Below are positions 11,382 to 25,399 of a stretch of DNA of 63,563 nucleotides, in pieces. The notes under the pieces were generated by a model. It made no database searches and was not told the DNA's origin. It worked only from the letters and a program-made list of their open reading frames with translations. Source of the DNA: Gekko japonicus (Eukaryota); contig NW_015173718.1 of the NCBI RefSeq assembly GCF_001447785.1, positions 178,539 to 242,101 on the forward strand, given 5' to 3'. The position numbers and the translations under genes were made by a program. The first letter of the stretch is position 1; every line of letters begins with the position of its first letter.

Positions 11382-11556
11382 GTTGACTTCCCCACCGCCA
11401 TCGGTGTTGTCCTGGACCGGGACGACGGGAGCTCCATGATGGAGATTGACGGCGATAAAAGCAAGCAAGGGGGGCCAACGTACTACATCGACACGAATGC
11501 ATTGCGGGTCCCGAGAGAGAACATGGAGGCCACGTTGCCCTTGAAAAACGGGATGA
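11382..11556 (+). CDS. ACTL6A: ACTL6A exon 3
   Basis: ctag|[58 protein letters not shown]|gtacgg. Confidence 0.95.
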
Positions 11557-11807
11557 GTACGGGCCCTTTCCTCCCTTCTCTTGTTCACCGGTCCTGATGG
11601 TTAACGTCTGAACAAGCAAGACAGTATGGTGTTCTGTGTGCGGGAATGCTTTCTGGTCTGGAGCGGGGGGGGGGAATGATTTCGTTCCAATTTGCTTATA
11701 TATTTTATTTGTATATTCAGTAATGATGTCTGTACGAGCCAGAAGTTTTAAAGATGTACTTGAGTTGTCGTGATTCCCATTTGTAACATCTAAGGGATAC
11801 TGGCCAG

Positions 11808-12014
11808 CAATGTTCCCTCTCAGCTGTGGAGTCTTGTGAGCAAAAATTCCGCTTTGTGAGCTCCTGGCATTAAAGTTGTGAGTGAACAATTTGGCTGCTG
11901 CATAAATCAGTTTGCTCTGGAGCCCATCCTTCCTGAGCTAAGGGAGAAATCTGTGAGCTGGAGGCTAAAGAACTGTGAGCTAGCTCACACTAACTCAGCT
12001 TAGAGGGAGCACTG
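11808..12014. mobile_element. hAT-type MITE (about 205 bp)
   Basis: TIRs ca(a/g)tgttccctct...agagggagcactg with an 8-bp TSD ctggccag. Further copies at about 12365-12573, 28266-28469, 29028-29233, 39294-40357, 50174-50380, 56201-56406 and 61477-61681. Confidence 0.9.
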
Positions 12015-12983
12015 CTGGCCAGTGATGACGGGGGCCTTCCTACAGAGAAATGGGTAACCTTTCACTTCCATCTTTAAGGGTATGGGAGTACTATAGCCCC
12101 TTGTAATTGATGACGTGTTCTGGAAAAGGTGCCTCTGTTCTGTCCAGTTACCTTGCTGGGTGGACCCTCCCACCTGAGGCCATATAAAGGGAGTCTCCAG
12201 TGAGACCTTGCAGGTAGACAGGCTAGGAAGCTGGGAAAACTGGCTTATTTACGCTGTGCTGAGTGCAGAGGTGATGTTTAACCATGGCTAACCATGGATT
12301 ACAGGTTCGCTTAAACTACGGGCTGCATCCCAAGTCCTGCACACCGAGTGGAGTGAAATTTGCTCAATGCTCCTTCTAAGCTGTAGTGTCTCGTGAGCAA
12401 AAGTTCTACTTTGAGAGCTACTAGCATTAAAGTTGTGAGCGAGCAATTTGGCTGCTGCATAAATCAGTTTGCTCTGGAGCCCCATCCTTCCTGAGCAAAG
12501 ACAAAAATGTGTGAGCCGGAGGCTAAAAAAACTGTGAGTCAGCTCACACTAACTCAGCTTAGAGGGAACATTGCTTCCACTCCCCTGCCCCCCAAATGTT
12601 GCTCCTGGGGTTGGGATGGGTGGACCCTGATGAACAGCATGGGAGGCAAAATGGGGGTATAAGACAGGAGTAGGGAATTGGCAAAAGTCCCCCTCCTTCC
12701 TGCTTTTCTGGTGATGGGAAGGTAGTTGGGAGTCCACCCCATCGCTTTACATCCCAGTTTCAGGGGAACTTAGTAACCTTTCTTTGGGTTTTCAGATTCC
12801 ATACGCAATTGTAGTTGAGAAAAACAAACCAGGCTTTAAGCATAGTATCCAGATAAGGACTGCCATATACTTTCAATGCAAGAGTTTGCCTTGTATGTTC
12901 TTTTGACAGGCTGTCTCTGCAGACTGCTGTCAAGGGCTGTTCCTGCTTTAACACCTTGTGCAGTCAGTGTTTTGTGATTGTGT

Positions 12984-13268
12984 GAGAGCCAGTTTGGTGT
13001 AGTGGTTAAGTGTGCGGACTCTAATCTGGGAAAACCGGGTTTGATTCCCCACTCCTCCACTTGCACCTGCTGATGTGACCTTGGGTCAGTCACAAGCTCT
13101 GGCACAGCTGTCCTTGAAAAAGAGCAGTTTGTGTCAGAGCTCTCTCAGCCCCACCCACCTCACAGGGTGTCTGTTGTGGGGAGGGGAAGGGAAAGGAGTT
13201 TGTGAGCCGCTCTGAGACTCCAAGTGAAGGGCGGGGTATAAATCCAATCTCTTCTTCTTCTTCTTGTT
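12984..13268 (+). mobile_element. Squam3-like SINE, full length
   Basis: gagagccagtttggtgtagtggttaag (A box), ggtttgattcccc (B box), ending ataaatccaatctcttcttcttc. Other plus-strand copies at about 22958-23231, 28866-29329, 33712-34008, 38050-38185, 39146-40455, 43103-43375 and 60280-60600. Confidence 0.88.
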
Positions 13269-13509
13269 CTGGACCGTGGGTCTGTTCAGGATCTGGTCTT
13301 GAACAACCCATATCTTGGCACTTTTAGTCCTGTTGACGTGGCACAGGCCACGCTTTGTGCTGCTGCTTCCTCGGCCTGCTTCTGTCCCCCCCCCCCATCC
13401 ACACTGGACTTGTTTTGGGCTTGCAGCTACACTTCAGCCTGCAGGTACGCTGGAACTGAAGTCACATTGCTGGCCAAAGAAGCTCTAGTGTCACTTCCTG
13501 TCGTTACAG

Positions 13510-13610
13510 TTGAAGACTGGGATAGCTTCCAAGCAATTCTGGATCACACCTACAAGATGCATATTAAATCCGAAGCGTCTTTGCATCCCGTCCTCATGTC
13601 TGAAGCACCT
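13510..13610 (+). CDS. ACTL6A: ACTL6A exon 4
   Basis: tacag|(I)[33 protein letters not shown]|gtgagt. Confidence 0.96.
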
Positions 13611-14101
13611 GTGAGTAAAAAAAATAAATACATCTAGTTTGTTTCTTTGAAATGACTAGCAGAACTTGATGCAGAGGCCCTTGGTAGTGTCAGGGTTGTG
13701 GAATGAAAAGCTTCGAAGCCAGGGCTTTGCAGAACATGGAGCAAGGTCATTGATCCTGTTGGTGACAAGGCCGTCACTGCATGGGTTGCTTTTATGAAGG
13801 CACTTGCTTTATGAGAGCCAGCGCAGTGCCGTGGGGCTAGAATATGGGAGACCCCGGTTCAAAACCCCACTCTGCCATAGAAGAGCAGTGGGTGACCTTG
13901 GGCCAGTCACAGCCTAATCTACCTCACAGGGTTATTGTGAGGATAAAATGGAGAAGGGGATAACATTATACACCATTTTGGGTGCCCGTTGGAAAGCAAA
14001 GCTTGTGCAGCAACAGTGATTAAAATGTGGAATTTGCTGCCAGAGGATGTAGTGATGACAACAGGAATAAACAGCTTTAAAAGGGGGCTTAGATAGGTTC
14101 A

Positions 14102-14450
14102 GGAGCTGCGGTGGCTCAAGTGGTTAAGACGCTGAACTGCAGGCTGTGGAAGGTCAGTCGTTCAGCAGTTCAAGACCCGGGTGCCGCATGATGGAGTGAG
14201 CTCTCGTCTCTTGTTCCAGCTCCTGGCAACCTAGCAGTTCGAAAGCAAGAAATTGCAAGTAGATAAATAGGTACCACTTCGGTGGGAAGGTAACAGCGTT
14301 CCGTGCGCCTTGGTGTTTAGTCATGCTGGCCACATGACCACGGAAACGTCTTCGGACAGCGCTGGCTCTTCGGCTTTGAAACGGAGATGAGCACCGCAAC
14401 CCTAGAGTCGGATTCGACTGGCTTTCGAGCAAGGGAACCTTTACTTTTTT
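14102..14450 (+). mobile_element. Sauria SINE nested in a CR1 fragment (about 14010-14695)
   Basis: tRNA-like head ggagctgcggtggctcaagtggttaag and ACCTTT-type tail. 13-bp TSD ttagataggttca at 14089-14101 and 14451-14463. Other copies at about 27402-27752, 30664-31011 and 36166-36512, with fragments at 22248-22336 (+) and 6650-6770 (-). Confidence 0.9.
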
Positions 14451-14851
14451 TTAGATAGGTTCATGGAAGATAAGTCTATCAATGGCTACTTGCCTTGGTG
14501 ACTGAGGGGAACCTCCACGTTCAGAGGCACTAAGCCTCTGAATCTCAGAGCCAGGAGGCAGCATCAGGGGAAGGCCTCAGCCTCTATCCCCTGTTGTTGG
14601 CCGTCCAGAGGAATTGGTGGGCCGCCGTGTGAGACTGGATGCTGGACTAGATGGACTATTGGTCTGATCCAACAGGGCTCATCTTATGTTATCTTCTAGC
14701 AGTGGGAAGGAGTCCCAGGAGGGCTTTACGTGGTGTGAATTGGTTGCGTGCTCCTTCTGGGTGCCTCCTTCAAAAGAGAAAGCGGTGGATTTGCATTACC
14801 GGAGACAGGCACCCCTGTGGCCAGCCTTCCGTCAGCCCCGCGAACATGGGG

Positions 14852-15060
14852 GGAGGGCTGTGACTCAAGGGAAGAAGTTCCACTTTGCTTGGAGAAGGTC
14901 CCAGGTTTAATCCCTGGCATCTCCAGATGAAGGGATCAGGGGGTAGGAGATGTGAAAGACCTTGGCCTGAGACCTTGGAGAACCACTGCCAGCAGAGTAG
15001 ACAGTGCAGACCCTGATGGACCGAGGATTCTGATTCAGTATAAGGCAGCTTCATATGTGC
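14852..15060 (+). mobile_element. Second tRNA-derived SINE family (Squam2-like)
   Basis: ggggctgtg.ctca...gaaggtcccaggtt.aatccctggcatctccag...gtataaggcagcttcatatg. Relatives at about 22775-23258 (-), 23258-23410 (+), 43375-43568 (-) and 56790-56998 (-). Confidence 0.7.
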
Positions 15061-15984
15061 AACATACGCTTTGTCTGAGAGATTGTCCCCCCCCTTCTTA
15101 TCTTGAAATCCAGCATAGTTTTGTGTTGCACAAACATTTATGCAGTAATAATAATAACAATAACAATTGTTTGGCACTGTGTGTAAAATAGCCAGGAGAT
15201 CCTAAGATTGTCCGGCAGTCAGAAGTTCTAGCTCTTTTGGCACTATGCATCACTAGGTGGCGAGCTAGATTTGTTTCTTAAGGCCAGAGAAATTTCCGAG
15301 GGGGTTTGCCATTGACTCCCTCTGCGTCACACCCCTGGTATTTCTTGGAGGTGGCCCTTCCAAATACCAGCCAAAGCTGACCCTGCTTAGCTTCTGAGAT
15401 CTGACGAGATCGGGCAGTAATGTTTGTATATAACCCTGGTTTGTAAAGCCACTTCAAATCATGGTTTCACTCTCCAGTGTTGAAGGGAATCGTACAAACA
15501 ACATTTGAATCTAGTGGCACCTTTAAGACCAACAGAGCTTTATTCAAGGTATAAGCTTTCATGTGCGTGCACACTTCCTCAGAAACACTGAAATGGAAGT
15601 CGCCACGCCAGTCCAATACATATAGGAAGAGCTTGAGCAGGAAATTAGCATACGGCATAATAAAGTTGTTTGATAGATGCAAGGACTCATAGTTGGTGTT
15701 GCTGGTTCTCCGTCATGAAATCATGGTCCATGTGGGGAAGGGCAGAGCATGCCCATTTCCAATTTGTAAACCACAGCTTGCCTGGAGCCTGAGTTACACT
15801 TATCAGGTCCAAGAAAGGAACGTACCTGAAGAGTCCTCTGCTGGAGGAAGCCCAGATTTTCCTGTCTTGTACGTTTCTGGCTCTTTCTGCATTTACAGGA
15901 AAAAATGTTCGAGATGCATATGGCACTGCTGGGGCTGTAGGTGAGAACGCGATGATCTTTTTTGTCCCGTTTCTGTTCTTGTAG

Positions 15985-16082
15985 TGGAATACCAGAGCCA
16001 AGCGTGAGAAACTGACGGAACTGATGTTTGAACATTACAATATCCCTGCTTTCTTCTTGTGCAAAACGGCGGTCCTTACAGC
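15985..16082 (+). CDS. ACTL6A: ACTL6A exon 5
   Basis: tgtag|[32 protein letters not shown](A)|gtatccca. Confidence 0.95.
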
Positions 16083-17594
<1,512 letters not shown>

Positions 17595-17850
17595 TAAATA
17601 ATCTCTCACTGTCAAAAATTGGGGGCAAAAGCATTGAACTCCGGCCACTTCAGGATCACTGGGAAATTTGGGGTGTCGGGGGAAGGGAATAATTCTAGGA
17701 AAGCTCTCTTATTTAGAAAATTATCCTCCTTTGGTGGTATTTTGTTTTCTGCACTGATTTTTTTTGTTTTAGTTTTACTTAAGGATGGAGTTAATAAAAT
17801 GCAAGATTTTTTTAAAAGTGCTATCATATTAAAGAGGATAGGTTTATTAA

Positions 17851-19790
17851 TAGGGATGGGCACAAACCGGTTCATGAGCCAATANNNNNNNNNNNNNNNN
17901 NNNNNNNNNNNNNNNNNNNNNNNNNNNNNNNNNNNNNNNNNNNNNNNNNNNNNNNNNNNNNNNNNNNNNNNNNNNNNNNNNNNNNNNNNNNNNNNNNNNN
18001 NNNNNNNNNNNNNNNNNNNNNNNNNNNNNNNNNNNNNNNNNNNNNNNNNNNNNNNNNNNNNNNNNNNNNNNNNNNNNNNNNNNNNNNNNNNNNNNNNNNN
18101 NNNNNNNNNNNNNNNNNNNNNNNNNNNNNNNNNNNNNNNNNNNNNNNNNNNNNNNNNNNNNNNNNNNNNNNNNNNNNNNNNNNNNNNNNNNNNNNNNNNN
18201 NNNNNNNNNNNNNNNNNNNNNNNNNNNNNNNNNNNNNNNNNNNNNNNNNNNNNNNNNNNNNNNNNNNNNNNNNNNNNNNNNNNNNNNNNNNNNNNNNNNN
18301 NNNNNNNNNNNNNNNNNNNNNNNNNNNNNNNNNNNNNNNNNNNNNNNNNNNNNNNNNNNNNNNNNNNNNNNNNNNNNNNNNNNNNNNNNNNNNNNNNNNN
18401 NNNNNNNNNNNNNNNNNNNNNNNNNNNNNNNNNNNNNNNNNNNNNNNNNNNNNNNNNNNNNNNNNNNNNNNNNNNNNNNNNNNNNNNNNNNNNNNNNNNN
18501 NNNNNNNNNNNNNNNNNNNNNNNNNNNNNNNNNNNNNNNNNNNNNNNNNNNNNNNNNNNNNNNNNNNNNNNNNNNNNNNNNNNNNNNNNNNNNNNNNNNN
18601 NNNNNNNNNNNNNNNNNNNNNNNNNNNNNNNNNNNNNNNNNNNNNNNNNNNNNNNNNNNNNNNNNNNNNNNNNNNNNNNNNNNNNNNNNNNNNNNNNNNN
18701 NNNNNNNNNNNNNNNNNNNNNNNNNNNNNNNNNNNNNNNNNNNNNNNNNNNNNNNNNNGTCATCTCCTGGAAATTCCAGGTCCCAGGGACAGTAAATTTG
18801 CAGTGACCAGAGCCAGGGCATTTTCGGTGGCGACTCCTACCTGGTGAGCTCCCGGAGGAGATCCGGGCCCTGCGGGATCTTTCTCAGTTCTGCAGGGCCT
18901 GCAAGACGGAGCTCTTCCACCAGGCTTTTGAGTAGGAGCCGCCGCCACCACTATTCCATCATTGCTATCTATGCACCATCACACCATCACCACCACCATC
19001 TGGTTCTTTCGGGGTGCGAGGTGACCCTGGCAGGAGAAGGGATGACAGACTATGGGAATGTTACCGCTGGGATTAAGATCTACCCCATCTTGTGATAAAT
19101 GGAGCACTGATATCTTGTGATTGTATTTTATTGTTTTATTGCTATGCTGTTTTTACTTGTTTTAATCTTGGCACTTTGTGCCTCTTGTTAGCCGCCCTGA
19201 GCCTTCGGGGTAGGGCGGGATATAAATCCAAAGATAAATAAATCAAAGATAAATGAACCTAACAGCTGAGTGGTGTGGGTCTGCCGCTCACTTCTTAGGT
19301 TTAAATGGCTGGCAGCAGGGGTCATTTCGTAGAAAAAGAGCTAGGGGAACTCATTAGCATAACTCATTAGCATATGCCACACCCCCTGACATCAGGGGCC
19401 TGGCGGTGGACCTGCAAGGCCAGCGGGAGTGCGAGGAAGCCCCGCCAAGGCCCTCCCTGGCCCCAGGCAGGGGTGGGGAGAGGCGGGGAGGAAGCAACAC
19501 CCTCCCTCTTCTCCTGCCTCCTCCTGGCTGAATGAGGGCCGAAAGCGGGGCGGCCGGAAGCAGGGGGCGGGGCTTCATCATGTGCCCCGCCCCCCTGCAC
19601 CTCACCCGGGGGAACTGCGATCCCCCGCAATCCCCCCCGAAATGACCTCTGGCTGGCAGCCATTTCAGTGCTCCGTTTTGCTTTCTCCCAATTGGAGGGG
19701 GATGTGAATTGGCCGCTTCGGTTTGGGCATATTTTGGTTTGGTTCAGGAACTGCCCTGAACCGGAATGTTTAGGTTTGTGCCCATCCCTA
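17851..19790. mobile_element. hAT-like element spanning an assembly gap, with nested L2 and other repeats
   Basis: TIRs tagggatgggcacaaacc / ggtttgtgcccatcccta with an 8-bp TSD tttattaa. A related element lies at about 31199-31850. Confidence 0.75.
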
Positions 19791-20747
19791 TTTATTAACG
19801 TCTAGATTCAAGCCCGGTAGCAACCTTAGAGACCAGAAAGAGTCTCAGTGTATCAGCTTTCGAGAGTCAAAGCTCCAGACGTGTGTCTCGTGTCCAACAA
19901 AGGGAACTTTGACTCTCGAAAACAGATACCTCGACACTCTTATTGGTCTCTGAGGTGCTGCTGGACTCAAATCTAGCTGTTCTACTGTACACCAACACGG
20001 CCACCCTCTGGTTTATTAATGGGTGTTGGTCGCAATATCCAAAATGGAACTTCCATGTTCAGATGCAGTCTACCTTGAACTATTAGGCACTAAGGACAAA
20101 TTCCAAAGGAAGGTGATCACGTTTCTGTTCTGAGCTTTTTTTTGGAGTCTTCTGCCTGTCCTGGATTGGGGAAGGAGTGCTGGAGTAGACAGGTCTTGAT
20201 TTGGTTCCACAGGGCCAGTTCTATTGCTGTTTGTGAACATCACTGTTGCTAGTATGAAATGTGACTTATTTGCTTAGGCTCAGGTGGTCATCAGGCAGCC
20301 CAGAGACTGCAATTCAGCCCTGCTGCAATTTTTATCTGGCTGCTGGTGGCCTTCCGGAATTAAAATCAAGGGGTGGGGATTTTAAAATAAAATAAAATTC
20401 CCCGCGCTGTCTCTCCTGAGACAAATGTCTTCAGATTGCATGAAATACGAAGGTGTTGCACCTTTGTGTTAAGTCTCTCTCTCTTGGATTTTGGGTGCGA
20501 TGCTCTGGATACACCTGGCTCCTTCGTGCTGGGTGGCTGCGGAGCCCCTGATGAATACAGGAGGGCCAGCTCGGTTGATGGTTAGGCAGGTCGCTTGGGC
20601 AGCCAGAGGGCAGGGTGAACAGAACCGCAGCAGCCGTGTCTGAGGAACGGACCAGGCGATCCCTAACGCAAGAAGCTTGCATGCAAACCATGACCCCGGG
20701 AGGTTTTCTATCTTGCCGCAAGCCCCGCTCATATCCTGTCCTTGCAG

Positions 20748-20854
20748 GCATTGTGAAATCCCCCTTGGCCGGCGACTTCATCACGATGCAGTGCAGGGAA
20801 CTCTTTCAGGAAATGAACGTAGAGATAATCCCTCCATACATGATTGCCTCAAAG
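20748..20854 (+). CDS. ACTL6A: ACTL6A exon 7
   Basis: tgcag|(G)[35 protein letters not shown]|gtaaga. Confidence 0.96.
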
Positions 20855-22081
20855 GTAAGACAATGCGCTGGATGGGCACGGCCAAGGGTTTGAAACTCGG
20901 GAGCAACGTGTGCCTGGCTTTGTGTGCCTGGCAGCTGCTTGGTAATTCTCTCCACACCTCCAGTTCTGGTGATAGTCTCTCTCTCAAAAAAATGTTTTGG
21001 TGCAGGCCCTTTTTCTTTATGTTGGGGGGGGGGGGCCCTGCCTCACTTACAATCCACACGCATCCTTATTGAATGTCAACTATCGCACAGGGGCCTCTGT
21101 GAATGAACCGCTTCACGTGGGAAGTTGGTATCACTCGATATCAGCACAGTGATTTCGATCTGAAGCTCTCCATTCTATTAACGGTGGAGCCTTCTGCTTC
21201 TGTGTGGGGGGGACTTTCTTCTGGTGGAACACGCCTCTTCTGCGGAAGCAATGCTTCTTGTGTTGGTTGAAGGTTCCTTTTGGTCGGGAAGCCTGCACTG
21301 TCAGTGGAACGGGACCGGGGGCCCCGTACTTCTCGATGCCAGATGGGCCAAGAAGAATTTATGTGGTGAGGAACACGTGTGTGTGTGAACTGGCTTTTTA
21401 GTGGCAGGGGGTAAAACGTCTTCCCGAGACTTTGAGAATGGTATCATACCACTCATCTCAGCTAAGGGTGGCCCATTCCTCCAGTTCCAGGAGCTTTTTT
21501 CCTCTCTTGCATTGGAGGAAGGCTTCCTGTGCTTGAGGAATGCATGGCTGTTAGCTGAGCAGAGGGACAGGATACAGTCCTGGGCCTAAGATATACTGTC
21601 ACTGGAGTGTGGCGTAGGCTTGCCCATCTCCTGGTTGGGGCAGGAGATCCCCCGCTCCCGGGTTCCGTAGCCCACCACTGCTCCAAGCAGCAGCCACGGG
21701 GCAGCAGTGTCAGCTACACCACTACGTCACATCCAGAAAAAATCCTTGAAGTGACACATGGTAGCTATAGGAATTGCTGGAATTGTGGTTTTACCAAAGA
21801 GTTTCCAACAATTCCTAGAGTTACCTTAGGTCATTTCTGTTTTTTTCTCCAGAAGTAACATAGGGGTGCAGGTGGCTTTGTGACCCCCCCCACCTTGTCC
21901 CCTGCTCCCCATCCTCCCGCCATGTGGCAGTACATTTTGGGGCTCAGTACCTGCTCCCCATCCTCCCGCCATGTGGCACTACATTTTGGGGCTCAGTACA
22001 AAGTGTCTAGAGATATGTGAAGCAATGGCCTTTTTTTTTTTGGCTGTGAGAACTATCAAACCACCAGGGTTTCTTTTGCAG

Positions 22082-22171
22082 GAGGCCGTCCGTGAGGGTT
22101 CTCCAGCAAACTGGAAGAGAAAAGAGAAACTGCCTCAGGTCACGAGGTCTTGGCACAACTACATGTGCAAC
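22082..22171 (+). CDS. ACTL6A: ACTL6A exon 8, copy A
   Basis: tgcag|[30 protein letters not shown]|gtgagt. Identical copy at 22419-22508. Confidence 0.8.
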
Positions 22172-22418
22172 GTGAGTGGAAAGGAACACACTTGGTGAGG
22201 ACGAGCTTGCCGCAGCACTGGTCTGTTGANNNNNNNNNNNNNNNNNNCGCTGGCTCTTCGGCTTTGAAACGGAGATGAGCACCGCAACCCTAGAGTCGGA
22301 TTCGACTGGCTTTCGAGCAAGGGAACCTTTACCTTTACAAAGTGGCTAGAGATATGTGAAGCGATGGCCTTTTTTTTTGGCTGTGAGAACTATCAAACCA
22401 CCAGGGTTTCTTTTGCAG

Positions 22419-22508
22419 GAGGCCGTCCGTGAGGGTTCTCCAGCAAACTGGAAGAGAAAAGAGAAACTGCCTCAGGTCACGAGGTCTTGGCACAACTACA
22501 TGTGCAAC
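22419..22508 (+). CDS. ACTL6A: ACTL6A exon 8, copy B
   Basis: Identical to 22082-22171, on the other side of the N gap at 22230-22247. Confidence 0.8.
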
Positions 22509-24119
22509 GTGAGTGGAAAGGAACACACTTGGTGAGGACGAGCTTGCCGCAGCACTGGTCTGTTGAGTCAAAAAGTCGGACGGCTGAGTGGGAAGGATCA
22601 GGGCGCTGCTGAACAAAAAGAGACACTCCTACGGCTGAGTGGGAAGGATCAGGGCGCTGCCTCCCACGAATAACTTAGCTGCTGACCAAAAAGTGACACT
22701 CCGAAAGGGCTGGTTGAATTGCAGCCATGACGTGTAGTTCCTCAGCCTGAAATAGGACTTCTCTGCCACAGGTACGCATGAACACGTGAAACTGCCTTCT
22801 GCTGAATCAGACCGTCAGTCTTTCAACATCAGTACTGGTGATAGCTCTCCAGGGTCTCAGGCAGAGGTCTTTCACATCACCTACTGCCAGATTTTTTTAA
22901 CTGGTGATACCGGGGATTGAACCTCAGACCTCCTGCTTGCCAAGCACATGCTCTTCCTGTTTGGTGTAGTGGTTAAGCGTGCGGACTCCAATCTGGGAGA
23001 ACTGGGTTTGATTCCCCACTCCTCCACTTGCACCTGCTGATGTGACCTTGGGTCAGGCACAAGCTCTGGCACAGCTGTCCTTGAAAGAGCAGTCTCTGTC
23101 AGAGTTCTCTCAGCCCCACCCACCTCACAGGGTGTCTGTTGTGGGGAGGGGAAGGGAGAAGAGTTTGTAAGCCGCTCTGAGACTCCAAGTGAAGGGCGGG
23201 GTATAAACCCAATCCCTTCTTCTTCTTCTCTTCTTCCGCTGAGCCACAGCCCCTCCTTGTGGCTCAGTGGTTGAGGATCTGCTTCACATGCAGAAGGTCC
23301 CAGGTTCAATCCCTGGCACCTCCCCGGCGATGTGGAAGACCTCCACCAGAGACCCCGGAGAGCCATTGCCAATGTTCCGATTCTGTAGAAGGCAGCTTCA
23401 CGAGTCCATGCGAATTCCACCCGGGGCTGCCTAGTGGTATAGCTAGCCTTTTCAAAAGGAGATGTTGAGGTTTGCATCAACGGGAACTGTAGCGAAAGAG
23501 CTAGCCAGTGGGAGTGAAAAGTAATGGGATTTTCTTTTTTAAAAATGTCCATGTTTGTATTGTTAGGTGCGGCAGAATCTTAAAAACAAATTAATTAAAA
23601 CTTTTTGTCGTGGAGTTACTTCGGAAAGTACCCAGGAAATGGCAAACCTGTAAGCCATCTTAGCTTAGCTTTATCGCTGAATAGATTCACGGAAGGGCTG
23701 CTGAAGCCAATCAGAGTTCAGGCTGCCTCACACAGATGAGACTGACAGAGTCTCTCAGTACACGCCCACATCTATCATGCTTGAATCCTCAAGTAGTTTG
23801 CAGGCGCAATCTAACTTTATACATGTAAACATTACCTCTGCACCTGTGCCTCTATATTCATATTCTGACAGGTAGCAGAAAAAGATCTACTCTAGGATGA
23901 GGAAAAGCTTTTATTTAATAGGTCTCCTCTGTACCACTTAGCTTGTCCTGGTCCAGGTTCCTCCCTAGGACACAACAAAACTTGAGAACATGCTAGTGTG
24001 TGCGGGGGGGAGGGGAATAGCTAAGGATGTGTTTCATGACTCAGCTCTCGTTGAAGAAAAGTTTGGTGACTCCTGCTCTAAACACTTTGTGTGTGGTTTC
24101 CTTCCTTCCTCCCCTACAG

Positions 24120-24181
24120 TGTGTAATTCAGGATTTCCAAGCGTCTGTCCTCCAAGTGTCCGATTCGACCTACGACGAACA
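24120..24181 (+). CDS. ACTL6A: ACTL6A exon 9
   Basis: tacag|[20 protein letters not shown](Q)|gtacgt. Confidence 0.95.
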
Positions 24182-24999
24182 GTACGTAGCAGAGGCGTTT
24201 ATTGTAGACGTCAAGATCTCTAACAAGGAATTAGAGAGTTTTAAGGGGGAGGGAGAGATTTGGGGTTTGCTTTTTCATTCTGGAAATGGTTTTTCTACTT
24301 GTTATTGTAAGCCAGTGTGAACCACAAGGACAGGCAAAGTGGAAACGCTTTAATAAATAAATATGAATAAAGTGCATTTTTAAGTACTTTCATTCTGCTG
24401 TTACATCCAAATAAGCCAAACCGGTTTGCTGCAAACCGTCAGGGAGGAAATTGGAGCTCATGGAGGGAAGATAGACGAGAGAGGAAAAGGAGAAAGGCTT
24501 GGCTTGTGCAGATTGAACGGCCCCACTGGAAAGATCGGGGCTTAAATATGCTTCACTTTGGCTGGATCAGGCCTTAAGTTGTAAAGTCGTGAGGATCAAG
24601 GAAAACCCCTAGAAAATGTGAAAGGGGAGATGACTTTTTCCCTTTCACCCATTGCCTGTCGGGAAACATTGAGACTGTGGGGGGTGGGATTTGGTTTGGG
24701 TTTTGAAAATCTTGACTCTGGTCACCCTTGTAAAGCCAGTGGCTTGAAAATTACAGTTCATACCCACAAGAAGGGAGTGGCAATTTTTGGCGATCTCGGG
24801 ACACACACACATACACGCACTCTGGACAGAAGTGGGAAGTCAGTGAAGTTCACAGGCTGTGCTCCTGAGTCTCGTAGGATCCAAGCGCCCATTTCTGAGG
24901 CTGCTCAGGCCTCCCTTGAAGAAGAAGAATACGTGTCATGCAGGATCCGTGGTACAGATATGTGCAATGCCGACAGTGGGTTGCTTTCTAAGATAGAAC

Positions 25000-25260
25000 G
25001 GTTTGGTGCAGTGGTTAAGTGCGCAGGCTCTAATCTGGGAGAACCGGGTTTGATTCCCCACTCCTCCACTTGCAGCTGCTGGATGACCTTGGGCAAGCCA
25101 TAGTTCAGTCAGAGCTGTTCTCTCAGGGGCAGTTCTTGAAAGAGCTCTCTCAGCGCCACCTACCTCACAGGGTGTCTGTTGTGGCGAGGGGAAGGGAAAG
25201 GAGGTTGTAAGCCGCTCTGAGACTGAGTGAAGGCGGGGTATGAATCCAATCTCCTCTTCT
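25000..25260 (+). mobile_element. Squam3-like SINE adjoining the ACTL6A exon 10 polypyrimidine tract
   Basis: The SINE body ends aatccaatctcctcttct about 24 nt before the exon. Confidence 0.88.
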
Positions 25261-25284
25261 CGTCTTCTCTTCTTCTGCCTCCAG

Positions 25285-25399
25285 GGTGGCAGCTCAGATG
25301 CCCACGGTGCATTACGAATTCCCCAACGGCTACAACTGTGACTTCGGAGCGGAGCGGCTAAAGATTCCCGAAGGCTTGTTCGACCCTTCCAACGTAAAG
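25285..25399 (+). CDS. ACTL6A: ACTL6A exon 10
   Basis: tccag|[38 protein letters not shown]|gtaaaa. Confidence 0.96.

Noticed and set aside
10993-11889. 298-aa minus-strand ORF
   Set aside because: Antisense to ACTL6A exon 3, starts inside a MITE, and has no protein-family features.
12984-13060. tRNA-like A and B boxes
   Set aside because: Heads of multi-copy SINEs that continue into the SINE body; no complete cloverleaf.
17612-18821. Long ORFs of 200-395 aa over N runs (also near 38138-38898, 44042-44797 and 55159-56008)
   Set aside because: They are open only because N codons contain no stops. These are assembly gaps at 157-273, 17885-18758, 22230-22247, 38237-38841, 44153-44690 and 55312-55816.
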